A stretch of DNA of 62,427 nt, filler included. It is 4 parts of 4 records of this genome, joined end to end, with 100 filler letters (N's around TTAATTAATTAA, not from the genome) between each part and the next. Parts side by side here need not be neighbours in the genome. Positions count along the whole stretch, not along the records: positions 14,114 to 44,843 come from SRR31156797_6277; 3 more parts are not named here. One strand, written 5' to 3'. Below, in pieces: positions 28,924 through 37,499 of this stretch. The first letter of the stretch is position 1, and every line of letters begins with the position of its first letter. The position numbers and the translations under genes were made by a program. Below the pieces are notes generated by a model. It was not told where the DNA came from and made no database searches. It saw only the letters and a list, made by a program, of their open reading frames with translations.

Positions 28924-30641
28924 AGCTCCATGATGATTTTAGAAGTTTAAAAAGTGGTTTTAAACTTGATTTTATAAAAGAAGCACCAAAAGGTAACTCT
29001 GCTATAGAACCATACTGCGTAGTGGGTAGAAATGGAAGTGGAAAGTCTAATATCTTGGAGCTTTTAAGTGCTATATTTTATCAGGTTGAGGTGGTTCATC
29101 TCAATTTTTTGCCAAAGGAAAAGACACCTAATTATGTAGATAATAAAGAGAAAAAATATATCTCAAATAATACAGATGAATATATAGATAATAGGGAATA
29201 TAAAGAGTTAGAGATATTTCAAAAGTTTATAACAGATCCTAAATACATAATAGAACCTGAAAGTTATAAACTGCAATATTATATGACAAATCAAGACAAT
29301 CATGAAGTGTTAGTTACTATTGAAAGAAAATCAAAAAAAATCACCGTTTTTATAGAAGATGATAATGGAGAACCTATATATGTTTTAGGAGATGATGTTA
29401 AAGAGTTATTACCTTCTTATATCGTAGGGTATTCTTCTGGAGAAAATGAGATACTAAGCTTGCCTTTTTATAAAATGAGACTTATACAATATGATGAGTA
29501 CGTAGATGATTATTTGGCAAAAGATATAAGCTTTAAAATTCCTGAAGCTAGGATGATATACCTCGATGATGCTTTTTCACAAGCAATATTTATTACTAAT
29601 TTCATTTATACTGATGAAAAGGTCAATAAAGTATTTACAGAGACTATAGGTGTAGAATCTGTAGAATCTTTTAGATTAGTGATTAAAGATGATATTGATA
29701 CAAGAGTAGTCGTTGAAGTAAAAGAAAAAGGGAAAAAAGGTACACAGCTAAAAGATAGATCAAGATTTCTCAGGGAGCAAATAGGTGAACAGATTGATAA
29801 ACTAAAAAGCTGTGCTACTATGGAATATAAAAATGAAAAGACAAATGAGTTGTATCTTGATTATTATTTAGATGATAATATAAAAGAGGCTTTTACTTTA
29901 CAGTTTGGTAAAGGGAAAGGAGGAAGACTTGCACTTTTTCAAACTTTTCAAATTCTTATCAACTTAAACTATTACTATGTAGATAAAGAGACAAAAAAGA
30001 AGCTGTATGAATCAAAAAGTCTTTTTAGTAAAGGTTATTTACCACAAGTTTCATGGAATAAAAGATTTTTCACTTTTAAAAACTTTATGCTAAAGAAAAA
30101 AGGGATCGATGATCTAATATATAGTAAGTCTCTCTCCGATGGTGAGTATCAGTTTTTACACTCTATAGGACTAGCCCTAATTTATAGAGATACTCAATCG
30201 CTGTTTTTATTAGATGAACCAGAAACCCACTTCAACCCATCTTGGAGAGCAGAGTATATGAGTGTACTAAAAGAGTGTTTTAGTGGTACAAAAAGAAAAG
30301 CAGAGTTTTTGATAACCTCTCACTCACCTTTTATTGTTTCTGATACAAAGGAGGAAAAGGTACTCTTTTTTAAAAAAGATAAAGAGGGTAATGTCAAAAG
30401 AAAACCACTGGATTTTAATAGTTTTGGAGCTTCTGTAGATAAAATCACTGCTAAAGTATTTGGACAAAAAAATAGTATGGGAGATAGGTCTTTAGATATT
30501 TTAGAAGAGTATAGGGATAAGATAGATAATTCAGATGATCTTAAAGCTTTAGTAAAAGATATAGAGGGTGAACTTGGGGAATCTATTGAAAAGTTTTTAC
30601 TTTTAAAATCTATCTTTGATAGGATGAAAGGGAAAGATTAA
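28905..30641 (+). CDS. Restriction-system-associated ABC/AAA_21 ATPase (PtuA-like)
   Basis: GRNGSGKS, LSDGE signature, LLDEPETH and ITSHSP; C-terminal LGESIEK helix. Confidence 0.85.
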   Translation: MRLRRIELHDDFRSLKSGFKLDFIKEAPKGNSAIEPYCVVGRNGSGKSNILELLSAIFYQVEVVHLNFLPKEKTPNYVDNKEKKYISNNTDEYIDNREYKELEIFQKFITDPKYIIEPESYKLQYYMTNQDNHEVLVTIERKSKKITVFIEDDNGEPIYVLGDDVKELLPSYIVGYSSGENEILSLPFYKMRLIQYDEYVDDYLAKDISFKIPEARMIYLDDAFSQAIFITNFIYTDEKVNKVFTETIGVESVESFRLVIKDDIDTRVVVEVKEKGKKGTQLKDRSRFLREQIGEQIDKLKSCATMEYKNEKTNELYLDYYLDDNIKEAFTLQFGKGKGGRLALFQTFQILINLNYYYVDKETKKKLYESKSLFSKGYLPQVSWNKRFFTFKNFMLKKKGIDDLIYSKSLSDGEYQFLHSIGLALIYRDTQSLFLLDEPETHFNPSWRAEYMSVLKECFSGTKRKAEFLITSHSPFIVSDTKEEKVLFFKKDKEGNVKRKPLDFNSFGASVDKITAKVFGQKNSMGDRSLDILEEYRDKIDNSDDLKALVKDIEGELGESIEKFLLLKSIFDRMKGKD

Positions 30642-30642
30642 G

Positions 30643-31701
30643 ATGCTTAAACCTTATAAATATTTAAAACACGATCTAGAAAAAGTCCAAGATTTTGTCA
30701 ATTATATATTTTATGATATTTGGATGAAAGCTGATCTATCAAAAACGTATTTGACTCTTTTTCTAAAAGAACCCTATAAAAAGCTTATGAATGATCTGAA
30801 TGTATCAGATAGTATGACTAGCAGTAAATTTTGTATATTGGTAGATAATATTTATAAAAAAGTTGGAGGACTTGATCAGACTAAGAAAGAACTCCTTAAA
30901 AGCTATTATCAAACGAACTTAAATATAGAGGCTTTATGTGAAGATACAACTATTATTCCTATTAGCTATACAAAACTTGAAAAAGAGTTTGGTACAAAAC
31001 TAACAGATAAAATTAAAGAGTTTTATGATCTTTTATATGGAAGCGGTAGTATTTTGACTTTAAAAGAAGTACTTCGTATTTCTAGTTTTGGTGATCATTA
31101 TGATCAATTTATAGAAGAAAATAAAAATAGATGTTTATTTTGTGGACTAGATAAGTTAGAGATTGTCGAGGAGTATAGAAGTGATTATGATCACTTTTTA
31201 CAAAAAGCAAAATACCCTTTTGTATCTATAAATTTAGAAAATCTAGCTCCAACTTGTGATAGGTGTAATAAAAAGTTTAAAGGGAGTAAAGACCCATTAT
31301 ATAAAGAAGATAAGGTTACAAGAAGAAAAGCTATCTATCCATACTCTTTAAAACCATATGATTTTACTATACATATGAAATTAAAAAATATAGTTGATAC
31401 AAAAGGAAAGATAAAAGATACCAATATTGATATGGATCTTTTTGTAAAATCAAAAGAAGAAACTAATACATGGAATGAACTTTATAAAATAGAAAAGAGA
31501 TATAAAGGAGTGTGCAGTTCTAAAGATGAAGCTGATAGATGGATACAAAGTGCTAGATTATATATGAAAGAATCCAATTCATCTTTAGATGGTTATATAG
31601 AGTTTCAAAAAAAGAGATTAGAGGAGATTGATCCTTATTTTGAAATATTATTTTTGCAGTTGCCATTTTTAGAAGCTTGTAAAGAGGCAGATATAATTTG
31701 A
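30643..31701 (+). CDS. HNH endonuclease (PtuB-like) with N-terminal extension
   Basis: CLFCG...DHFLQKAKYP...NLAPTCDRCN. Confidence 0.8.
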   Translation: MLKPYKYLKHDLEKVQDFVNYIFYDIWMKADLSKTYLTLFLKEPYKKLMNDLNVSDSMTSSKFCILVDNIYKKVGGLDQTKKELLKSYYQTNLNIEALCEDTTIIPISYTKLEKEFGTKLTDKIKEFYDLLYGSGSILTLKEVLRISSFGDHYDQFIEENKNRCLFCGLDKLEIVEEYRSDYDHFLQKAKYPFVSINLENLAPTCDRCNKKFKGSKDPLYKEDKVTRRKAIYPYSLKPYDFTIHMKLKNIVDTKGKIKDTNIDMDLFVKSKEETNTWNELYKIEKRYKGVCSSKDEADRWIQSARLYMKESNSSLDGYIEFQKKRLEEIDPYFEILFLQLPFLEACKEADII

Positions 31702-31851
31702 TATTACAATATGACAAGTTTTTAAATAGGATTAAAATTTTTAGGTAGAATTTAATATAGATATAAAAAAATCCAAGCTTTAACTCAATAAAGGCTAAAG
31801 ACTTACTGGATGTCGTAAGAGCATTGTATAAAAATAGAAAGGAAAAGTCAA

Positions 31852-32478
31852 GTGAAAGAGGAAGTTCGACAAAAGTTTATAACAGATGCTAGACTTCAAA
31901 ACTACTATAATCTTCAAGAGTATAAACATAATATTTATATAAGTGAAAAATACTATATTTTACTCTCGATTTTTGAAATAAGTTTACGAAACTCTATAGA
32001 TGATTATTTTAAATCTAAGATATGTGTCGCTTGGTTAGATAGTGAGATATTACATATTGATACAAAACAAAGAGTAGATGAAGCAAAAAAGAAGATTCTA
32101 CAAAGAAGGGAAACTGTAACACACGATAAAATTATTGCAGAGTTGCCCTTAGGTTTCTGGACTTCTCTTTTTAGAAAGTCATATACAAATCTAATAAGAG
32201 TAAAAGATATTAAGCATATCTTCCCAAATATTCCACCTAAAAAACAAAAGTTAATAACTCGTAGTATATTAGATAGAAAATTAAATTTAATAAGAAAATT
32301 TAGAAATAGAGTTTTTCATTATGAGAGGATAATAAAAAAGCAAGAGTATATAAATATACAAAATGAGATTTTTGAATTATTGTTATATTTTGATGAAGAG
32401 ATTAGTAACTTTGCTAGTGAAATGATTGATAAGAAGGATTCAGTTGTTTCTATTTTGGAAATAGCTAAAAAAGGGTAA
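31852..32478 (+). CDS. Abi family (AbiD/AbiF-like) HEPN ribonuclease
   Basis: FEISLRN, LPLGFW and RNRVFH (RxxxxH). Confidence 0.8.
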   Translation: MKEEVRQKFITDARLQNYYNLQEYKHNIYISEKYYILLSIFEISLRNSIDDYFKSKICVAWLDSEILHIDTKQRVDEAKKKILQRRETVTHDKIIAELPLGFWTSLFRKSYTNLIRVKDIKHIFPNIPPKKQKLITRSILDRKLNLIRKFRNRVFHYERIIKKQEYINIQNEIFELLLYFDEEISNFASEMIDKKDSVVSILEIAKKG

Positions 32479-32653
32479 CAGTATGGCAGTAAAAGATAAA
32501 GTAAAAAATATAATTTGGGGACAAGTTTATGAATAGTGATGATGATATAAAGAATGATCAATTTAAAGATATTAAATCATATGGCAAAATGCAATATATC
32601 TATAAGTGTTTTTATTTGTATGATATGATTAAAAGAAAAAATTAGGCTAAAAT

Positions 32654-33688
32654 ATGGATAAACAAATCTCAATAAATACTCCTCAAAAATTTTCAAACTT
32701 TGTGATATTTAAGATAGATGATGCAAAAGTAAATATCGATGTGTTTTTCTACGATGAGACCTTATGGCTTACTCAAAAGCAAATTGCAGAGCTCTTTGAT
32801 AAGGGTAGAAGTACTATTACGGAGCATATTAAAAAGATATTTGATGATGGAGAATTGGATGAAAAAGTGGTATGTCGGAAATTCCGACACACCACAGAAC
32901 ATGGTGCAATGGAGGGGAAAACACAAACTAAAGAGGTTCAATATTACAATCTAAAAGTTATCACAGCTGTAGGATATAAAGTAAACTCTCATAGAGCAGT
33001 AGAGTTTAGAAAATGGGCGAGTGATATTTTACATGAGTACATTATCAAAGGTTTTACTATGGATGATGAGAGGTTAAAACATCTTCAACATTTTGGTATA
33101 GATTACTTTGATGAGCAATTAGAACGTATAAGGGAGATAAGACTTAGTGAGAGAAGATTTTATCAAAAAATCACGGATATTTATGCTTTAAGTGCTGATT
33201 ATGATAAAAATGATGAACTTACAAAACAGTTTTATTCGACTGTTCAAAATAAACTACATTGGGCAATATGTGGTAAAACTGCTGCTGAGATTATTTATAG
33301 TGAAGCAGATGCTTCTAAAATCTATATGGGACTTAAAACTTGGAAAAATGCCCCTGATGGAAAAATTCTTAAATCAGATGTAACAATAGCAAAAAACTCT
33401 TTAGACACTGAACATATAAAACAACTAGAAAAAATAGTATCAGCTTATCTTGATCTTGCAGAAAATAGAGCAAATAGAGGTATTGTTATGAATATGAAAG
33501 ATTGGATAGAGTTTTTGGATAAGTTCTTAGATCTATCTATGTATCCAATTCTTTTAGACAATGGTAAAATAACAGCTTTACAAGCTAAACTAAAAGCAGA
33601 ATCTGAATATGAAAAATATAGAGTAATTCAAGATAAAGTGTATCTATCTGATTTTGATTTGATGATTAGTGGAATTGAGAAAAAATAA
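32654..33688 (+). CDS. rhuM: RhuM-family DNA-binding protein
   Basis: WLTQKQIAELF, FRKWA, IKGFTMDDERLK, IRLSERRFYQK and VQNKLHWA. Confidence 0.88.
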   Translation: MDKQISINTPQKFSNFVIFKIDDAKVNIDVFFYDETLWLTQKQIAELFDKGRSTITEHIKKIFDDGELDEKVVCRKFRHTTEHGAMEGKTQTKEVQYYNLKVITAVGYKVNSHRAVEFRKWASDILHEYIIKGFTMDDERLKHLQHFGIDYFDEQLERIREIRLSERRFYQKITDIYALSADYDKNDELTKQFYSTVQNKLHWAICGKTAAEIIYSEADASKIYMGLKTWKNAPDGKILKSDVTIAKNSLDTEHIKQLEKIVSAYLDLAENRANRGIVMNMKDWIEFLDKFLDLSMYPILLDNGKITALQAKLKAESEYEKYRVIQDKVYLSDFDLMISGIEKK

Positions 33689-33696
33689 ATTTGTAG

Positions 33697-34476
33697 TTAG
33701 TAAAGCTTATAATCCAAAGTCAAAGAAAGATCAATATTACTAGTAAAAAGATCTTTTGGGGGTACTAGCGGAAAGCTTTCATTGATAGCTTTATCAATTG
33801 ACTTCTTAAAGATCTTTGAGCCTTCTATGATTGAGTATGAAAGTAAGTCTCCATTATGTGAGAGGGTGAATTTGATCTTTACTATCCCTTCTATCCCCCT
33901 TCTTATAGCTACTTTTGGATATTTTTTATTTTTATCGATGATATATTTGACTTGAGAGAAATAGGTATTTTTTTCTTGTCTAATTTTTTCATGATCGATC
34001 TTTGGGGTTTGTTTTTTTACTAGAGGTGTTGTTTTTACAGGTTTAGGTTCAACTTTTTGAACGATTTTCTGTATTGGTTTGGGTTCTTGTTTTACTATCT
34101 TTTTTGGCTGAGGTATAGTCTTTTGTGGAATTGGTTCTATTTTTTTAGGTGTCGTTTTAACGACTTTCTCCATTTTTTCAACCCTTTTTTGTTTTGGTTC
34201 AGACTTTGGTGTTTTTTTTACTACCTTTTGTATCTCTTGTTTTTTAGGTTCTACTTTTTCTTTTTTAATTTTTTGAGGAATAGCTTTAGGTTTTTGTGGG
34301 ATTACTGGAGGTGGAGTATATTCAATGATTTCAAATTTTACTAACTCCTCTTTGGGCTTTGTAAGAGTATCAGGTAGTAGTGTTTTTTGATTGTAGGTAT
34401 AAAGGATGATCGCAAAAAAAAATGAGTAAATAACAGAAGTAACAATAAAAGAAGAACTATATCTTTTTTTTGCCAT
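33697..34476 (-). CDS. tonB: Energy transducer TonB
   Basis: N-terminal TM, Pro/Lys-rich spacer, YPKVAIRRGIEG C-terminal domain. Confidence 0.9.
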   Translation of the reverse strand: MAKKRYSSSFIVTSVIYSFFFAIILYTYNQKTLLPDTLTKPKEELVKFEIIEYTPPPVIPQKPKAIPQKIKKEKVEPKKQEIQKVVKKTPKSEPKQKRVEKMEKVVKTTPKKIEPIPQKTIPQPKKIVKQEPKPIQKIVQKVEPKPVKTTPLVKKQTPKIDHEKIRQEKNTYFSQVKYIIDKNKKYPKVAIRRGIEGIVKIKFTLSHNGDLLSYSIIEGSKIFKKSIDKAINESFPLVPPKDLFTSNIDLSLTLDYKLY

Positions 34477-34507
34477 TTATATCCTTTTGGGATATTTTAG
34501 TAAATGT

Positions 34508-34527
34508 GTGTTAATTATTTGTTAATT
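34508..34527 (-). promoter_or_regulatory. TTAAC-N6-TTAAC direct-repeat box upstream of tonB
   Basis: GTTAAT at 34510 and 34521 (11-bp period); TAAAAT lies 8 nt after TTAACAC on the sense strand. Confidence 0.65.
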
Positions 34528-34562
34528 ACAAATTAATATGTTTATATAAAGAGGGAGAAAAA

Positions 34563-34862
34563 CTATTGTCTTCCTTTCCCTTTCCCAGATCCTCCACTCA
34601 TTGAACCTTTGTAAGTACCTCCACTTCCAGAACCATCTTGTAACATTTGTCCTTGACCTTTTCCTCTTGAACCTATATAATCAGATCTCTCTTGGGCTGG
34701 AAGTGCTTGTATCTTACTTTGCATAGCTGATCTAAAAGCAGCTCTATCTTCTACTGGTACTGTACCTCTTAAAGAACTCAGCTCATCAATACTCATACTT
34801 GAATAATCTACTGCAAACAGTGAAGTGGCAACTAAGATTGATATAAAAATTAACTTTTTCAT
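34563..34862 (-). CDS. DUF1104-like small periplasmic protein
   Basis: Signal peptide, DYSSMSIDELSSLRG, Gly-rich tail. Confidence 0.75.
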   Translation of the reverse strand: MKKLIFISILVATSLFAVDYSSMSIDELSSLRGTVPVEDRAAFRSAMQSKIQALPAQERSDYIGSRGKGQGQMLQDGSGSGGTYKGSMSGGSGKGKGRQ

Positions 34863-34991
34863 TTTCGACTCCTTTTATTTATATATCTAATTATAAATAG
34901 GAAGTATGAAAAAATCGTGAAAATCAAAAGTGTAATTGAATTGATATTATTGTAGTGTATACTATAAGATATTTTTGTATAGGAGTTATAG

Positions 34992-35603
34992 ATGGAGATA
35001 AAACCATTATCACTGAGAGTTTTTCATTGGCTGTATGCTTTGTTTTTTTTATTAGCTTATATTAGTGCAGATGATGATACTTTGTGGCTTCATGTTCTTT
35101 GTGCATCTTGGGTATTTGGATTAGCTATTTTTCGGCTATTTTTATTACTTAGCCCTAAAAAGCCTTGGAGTATCGGTTCTTTTGAACTGCGAATAAGTGC
35201 TTTAAAAGAGTATGTAACAGATTATTTTGGATATAAAGGAGAGAAAAATCCTGCCTCTTCATTTATGGCTATATGGCTTTTATTTTTAGGAGTTTGGGTA
35301 CCAATTAGTGGATATATGAGCAATCTTGGTTCAGGGTTTGCTTTTTTACATGAGGTGAGTGCAAAGGTATTTGTAATTAGTGTTTTACTTCATATTGCTG
35401 GGGTAGTAGCTGATGGGATCTTTCATAAACAAAAAGCATATTTAGGGATGATTAGTAAAGATAAAAAAACAGAGTCGTATGAAAAGTATATTTTGATAAC
35501 TCTTGTAATTGTTTTCATCTCTAGTGCAGTTTTAAGTAATATCTATATTGATACTTCTTTATATGAAGATGTAGAAACAGAGTTTGAAGATCATGATGAT
35601 TGA
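34992..35603 (+). CDS. Cytochrome b/b6-domain membrane protein
   Basis: RVFHW, WLH, LHE and LHIAGV His-bearing TM segments. Confidence 0.8.
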   Translation: MEIKPLSLRVFHWLYALFFLLAYISADDDTLWLHVLCASWVFGLAIFRLFLLLSPKKPWSIGSFELRISALKEYVTDYFGYKGEKNPASSFMAIWLLFLGVWVPISGYMSNLGSGFAFLHEVSAKVFVISVLLHIAGVVADGIFHKQKAYLGMISKDKKTESYEKYILITLVIVFISSAVLSNIYIDTSLYEDVETEFEDHDD

Positions 35604-35637
35604 TACTCTTCAAACTCTACAATAAGTATAGATCCCT

Positions 35638-37491
35638 TTATTTTTTAGCAAAATCTTCTAATGCTACTAAAGAAGCTTTTTGAAAGTCAACAACTTCTCC
35701 TCCATATTTTTTAGAGAAACTCAAAGCATCTTTTTGACTCATAAAGGCATACTTACTTTTGACACTCATTGTTGCTTGCTTTTTACTTCCTACTACGTAA
35801 AAGGCTTTTTGGGCATCGATAAATTTTAAACTTGTCACATCTACTACTTGAATATTTTGTAGTGGGAGTTTTTTTATTTGAACATCTTCTACTAAACAGT
35901 GGAGAGAACAGTATTGTCTTACTTCTCCATCTAGTGTGGCACTATGGTTGGTTTTATAATATTTTGGCAGGTTCATTCCACATACTATACCACTAGTTTT
36001 ATTCTTCTTTGTTTGTAAAAGTGTTGCTTGTTTAAAAGGGACACTTTGAAACATCTGAGTACTACCATGGCTTCCGTGACCACCATGCATCCCATGAGCA
36101 CCTCGTGGTTTTGCTCCATAAGTACTAAATACATATCCTTTATAAAATAATAGAGCCAGATAAAAACTTACAAGTGAAGAAGCAAAGATAAATGCAACTG
36201 TTTTTCTTAGCGTTGATGCTTGAAAAAGTTTTAGCCTATTAAATAAAATGATATATCCCCACAGTGCTGCAATATATGGGATAATCTTAAGATAGCTAAG
36301 CCATCCGTCACCTCTTGATGCTAAGTTTTGTGCTGCTTGTATATCAAGTCCAAATCCAAAGATAAAACCATTGATAATATCTGCATAGGTATGGGTTGCA
36401 AAAGAGCTTATCAGATGGGCTAATCCTCCTACAACAAAAAGCGGTGCAAAAGCATATCCTAAAGTATACAATGTTTTTTCAAAGGTTTCTTGAAGTACTT
36501 TACTTGCTACAAACATTCCAAAATAAACAATCCCTATTGAAAATAGTACCGCATATAAAAATGCAAATATCCCTACACTATCTAAAGATCCAAAGTTAAT
36601 ATATTGCTCACTCCATGCAGCGCTCTTAGACCAGATAAATTGATCAGCTATAGCACTTCTATTAAGGGCATGATGAAAAGACATAGTGATACTAATAGCA
36701 GCAGTTATTAAAATAAAAGCCCACACTTCAGCTTTTTGCCATTTAAATTTTTTATGAAGAGATTTTGATGGTTTTGTAATAAAAAAATTCACCGCATCAC
36801 AAGCATTGGCACAATCCATACATAAAGTACAATCCTCCATGCTATTTTTTTTATTAAATGTAAATGGTTTAAGATCGTATGAACAGGCTTTGGCACATTC
36901 AAAAGTTTTACAAGTGCTACAATCCTCTTTATAAGTTGATAACCAAGTAGGGGAGATCTTTCCATACGATCGCATCAAAGTTCCTATAGGACAAAGGTAT
37001 TTACAATAACTCATATCTTTGTATAGATAGTACATAATAAAAGCAAAAATAGTAAGTCCTGTAAACATCCATGCCGTAGCAAGGGGTACTTTCCAAAAAG
37101 AAGGAGCTGCGTAATAGACTGCCCACCATCCAAGAAATAGGACTAAAACCCCAATAAATCTATTTTGTAAAAACTTTGGCATCTCTTTTTTTAAACCAAA
37201 TTTTGTGATATATTTTCCTAAAAATCCATGGGGACAGATCCCACAAAAGATTCTTCCAAAGCTTACTAAGGTTGTTACTATAAAAAAAGACCAAAAGAGT
37301 CCCCAAAAAAGCTCTTTGGTAAAACTATTCTGCGACGTTGGGATCGCAAACCCTAAATAGACTCCATAAACAAATAGAGCTAAAGTGATGATTTGGAGTC
37401 CAAGGATAAATTTTTTGTCTTTAAAGATATATCTTAGGACAGGGATTCTAAAGATATCATTTGTTGATCTATTATTTTTTTGCTCTATCAT
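35638..37491 (-). CDS. 4Fe-4S polytopic membrane protein (NapH/NosR-like) fused to a NosL domain
   Basis: GRIFCGICP, CKYLCP, CSTCKTFECAKAC and CTLCMDCANAC; His-rich linker; CGM...YCSLHC...AFYVVGS...FSKKYGG. Confidence 0.82.
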   Translation of the reverse strand: MIEQKNNRSTNDIFRIPVLRYIFKDKKFILGLQIITLALFVYGVYLGFAIPTSQNSFTKELFWGLFWSFFIVTTLVSFGRIFCGICPHGFLGKYITKFGLKKEMPKFLQNRFIGVLVLFLGWWAVYYAAPSFWKVPLATAWMFTGLTIFAFIMYYLYKDMSYCKYLCPIGTLMRSYGKISPTWLSTYKEDCSTCKTFECAKACSYDLKPFTFNKKNSMEDCTLCMDCANACDAVNFFITKPSKSLHKKFKWQKAEVWAFILITAAISITMSFHHALNRSAIADQFIWSKSAAWSEQYINFGSLDSVGIFAFLYAVLFSIGIVYFGMFVASKVLQETFEKTLYTLGYAFAPLFVVGGLAHLISSFATHTYADIINGFIFGFGLDIQAAQNLASRGDGWLSYLKIIPYIAALWGYIILFNRLKLFQASTLRKTVAFIFASSLVSFYLALLFYKGYVFSTYGAKPRGAHGMHGGHGSHGSTQMFQSVPFKQATLLQTKKNKTSGIVCGMNLPKYYKTNHSATLDGEVRQYCSLHCLVEDVQIKKLPLQNIQVVDVTSLKFIDAQKAFYVVGSKKQATMSVKSKYAFMSQKDALSFSKKYGGEVVDFQKASLVALEDFAKK

Positions 37492-37499
37492 TGTTTTTC

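Noticed and set aside
31-31701. Retron-Septu (RT plus PtuAB-like genes)
   Set aside because: The RT and the ATPase/HNH are on different contigs, apparently from different organisms, and the RT is not retron-type.
34057-34344. Phe-rich 95-aa ORF and the other short antisense or nested ORFs in the track
   Set aside because: They are shadows of real genes; this one is the reverse of the Lys/Pro-rich TonB spacer.
35638-37491. Nitrous oxide reductase (nos) cluster
   Set aside because: Only a NosL-like domain is present; no nosZ, nosD, nosF or nosY on the contig.
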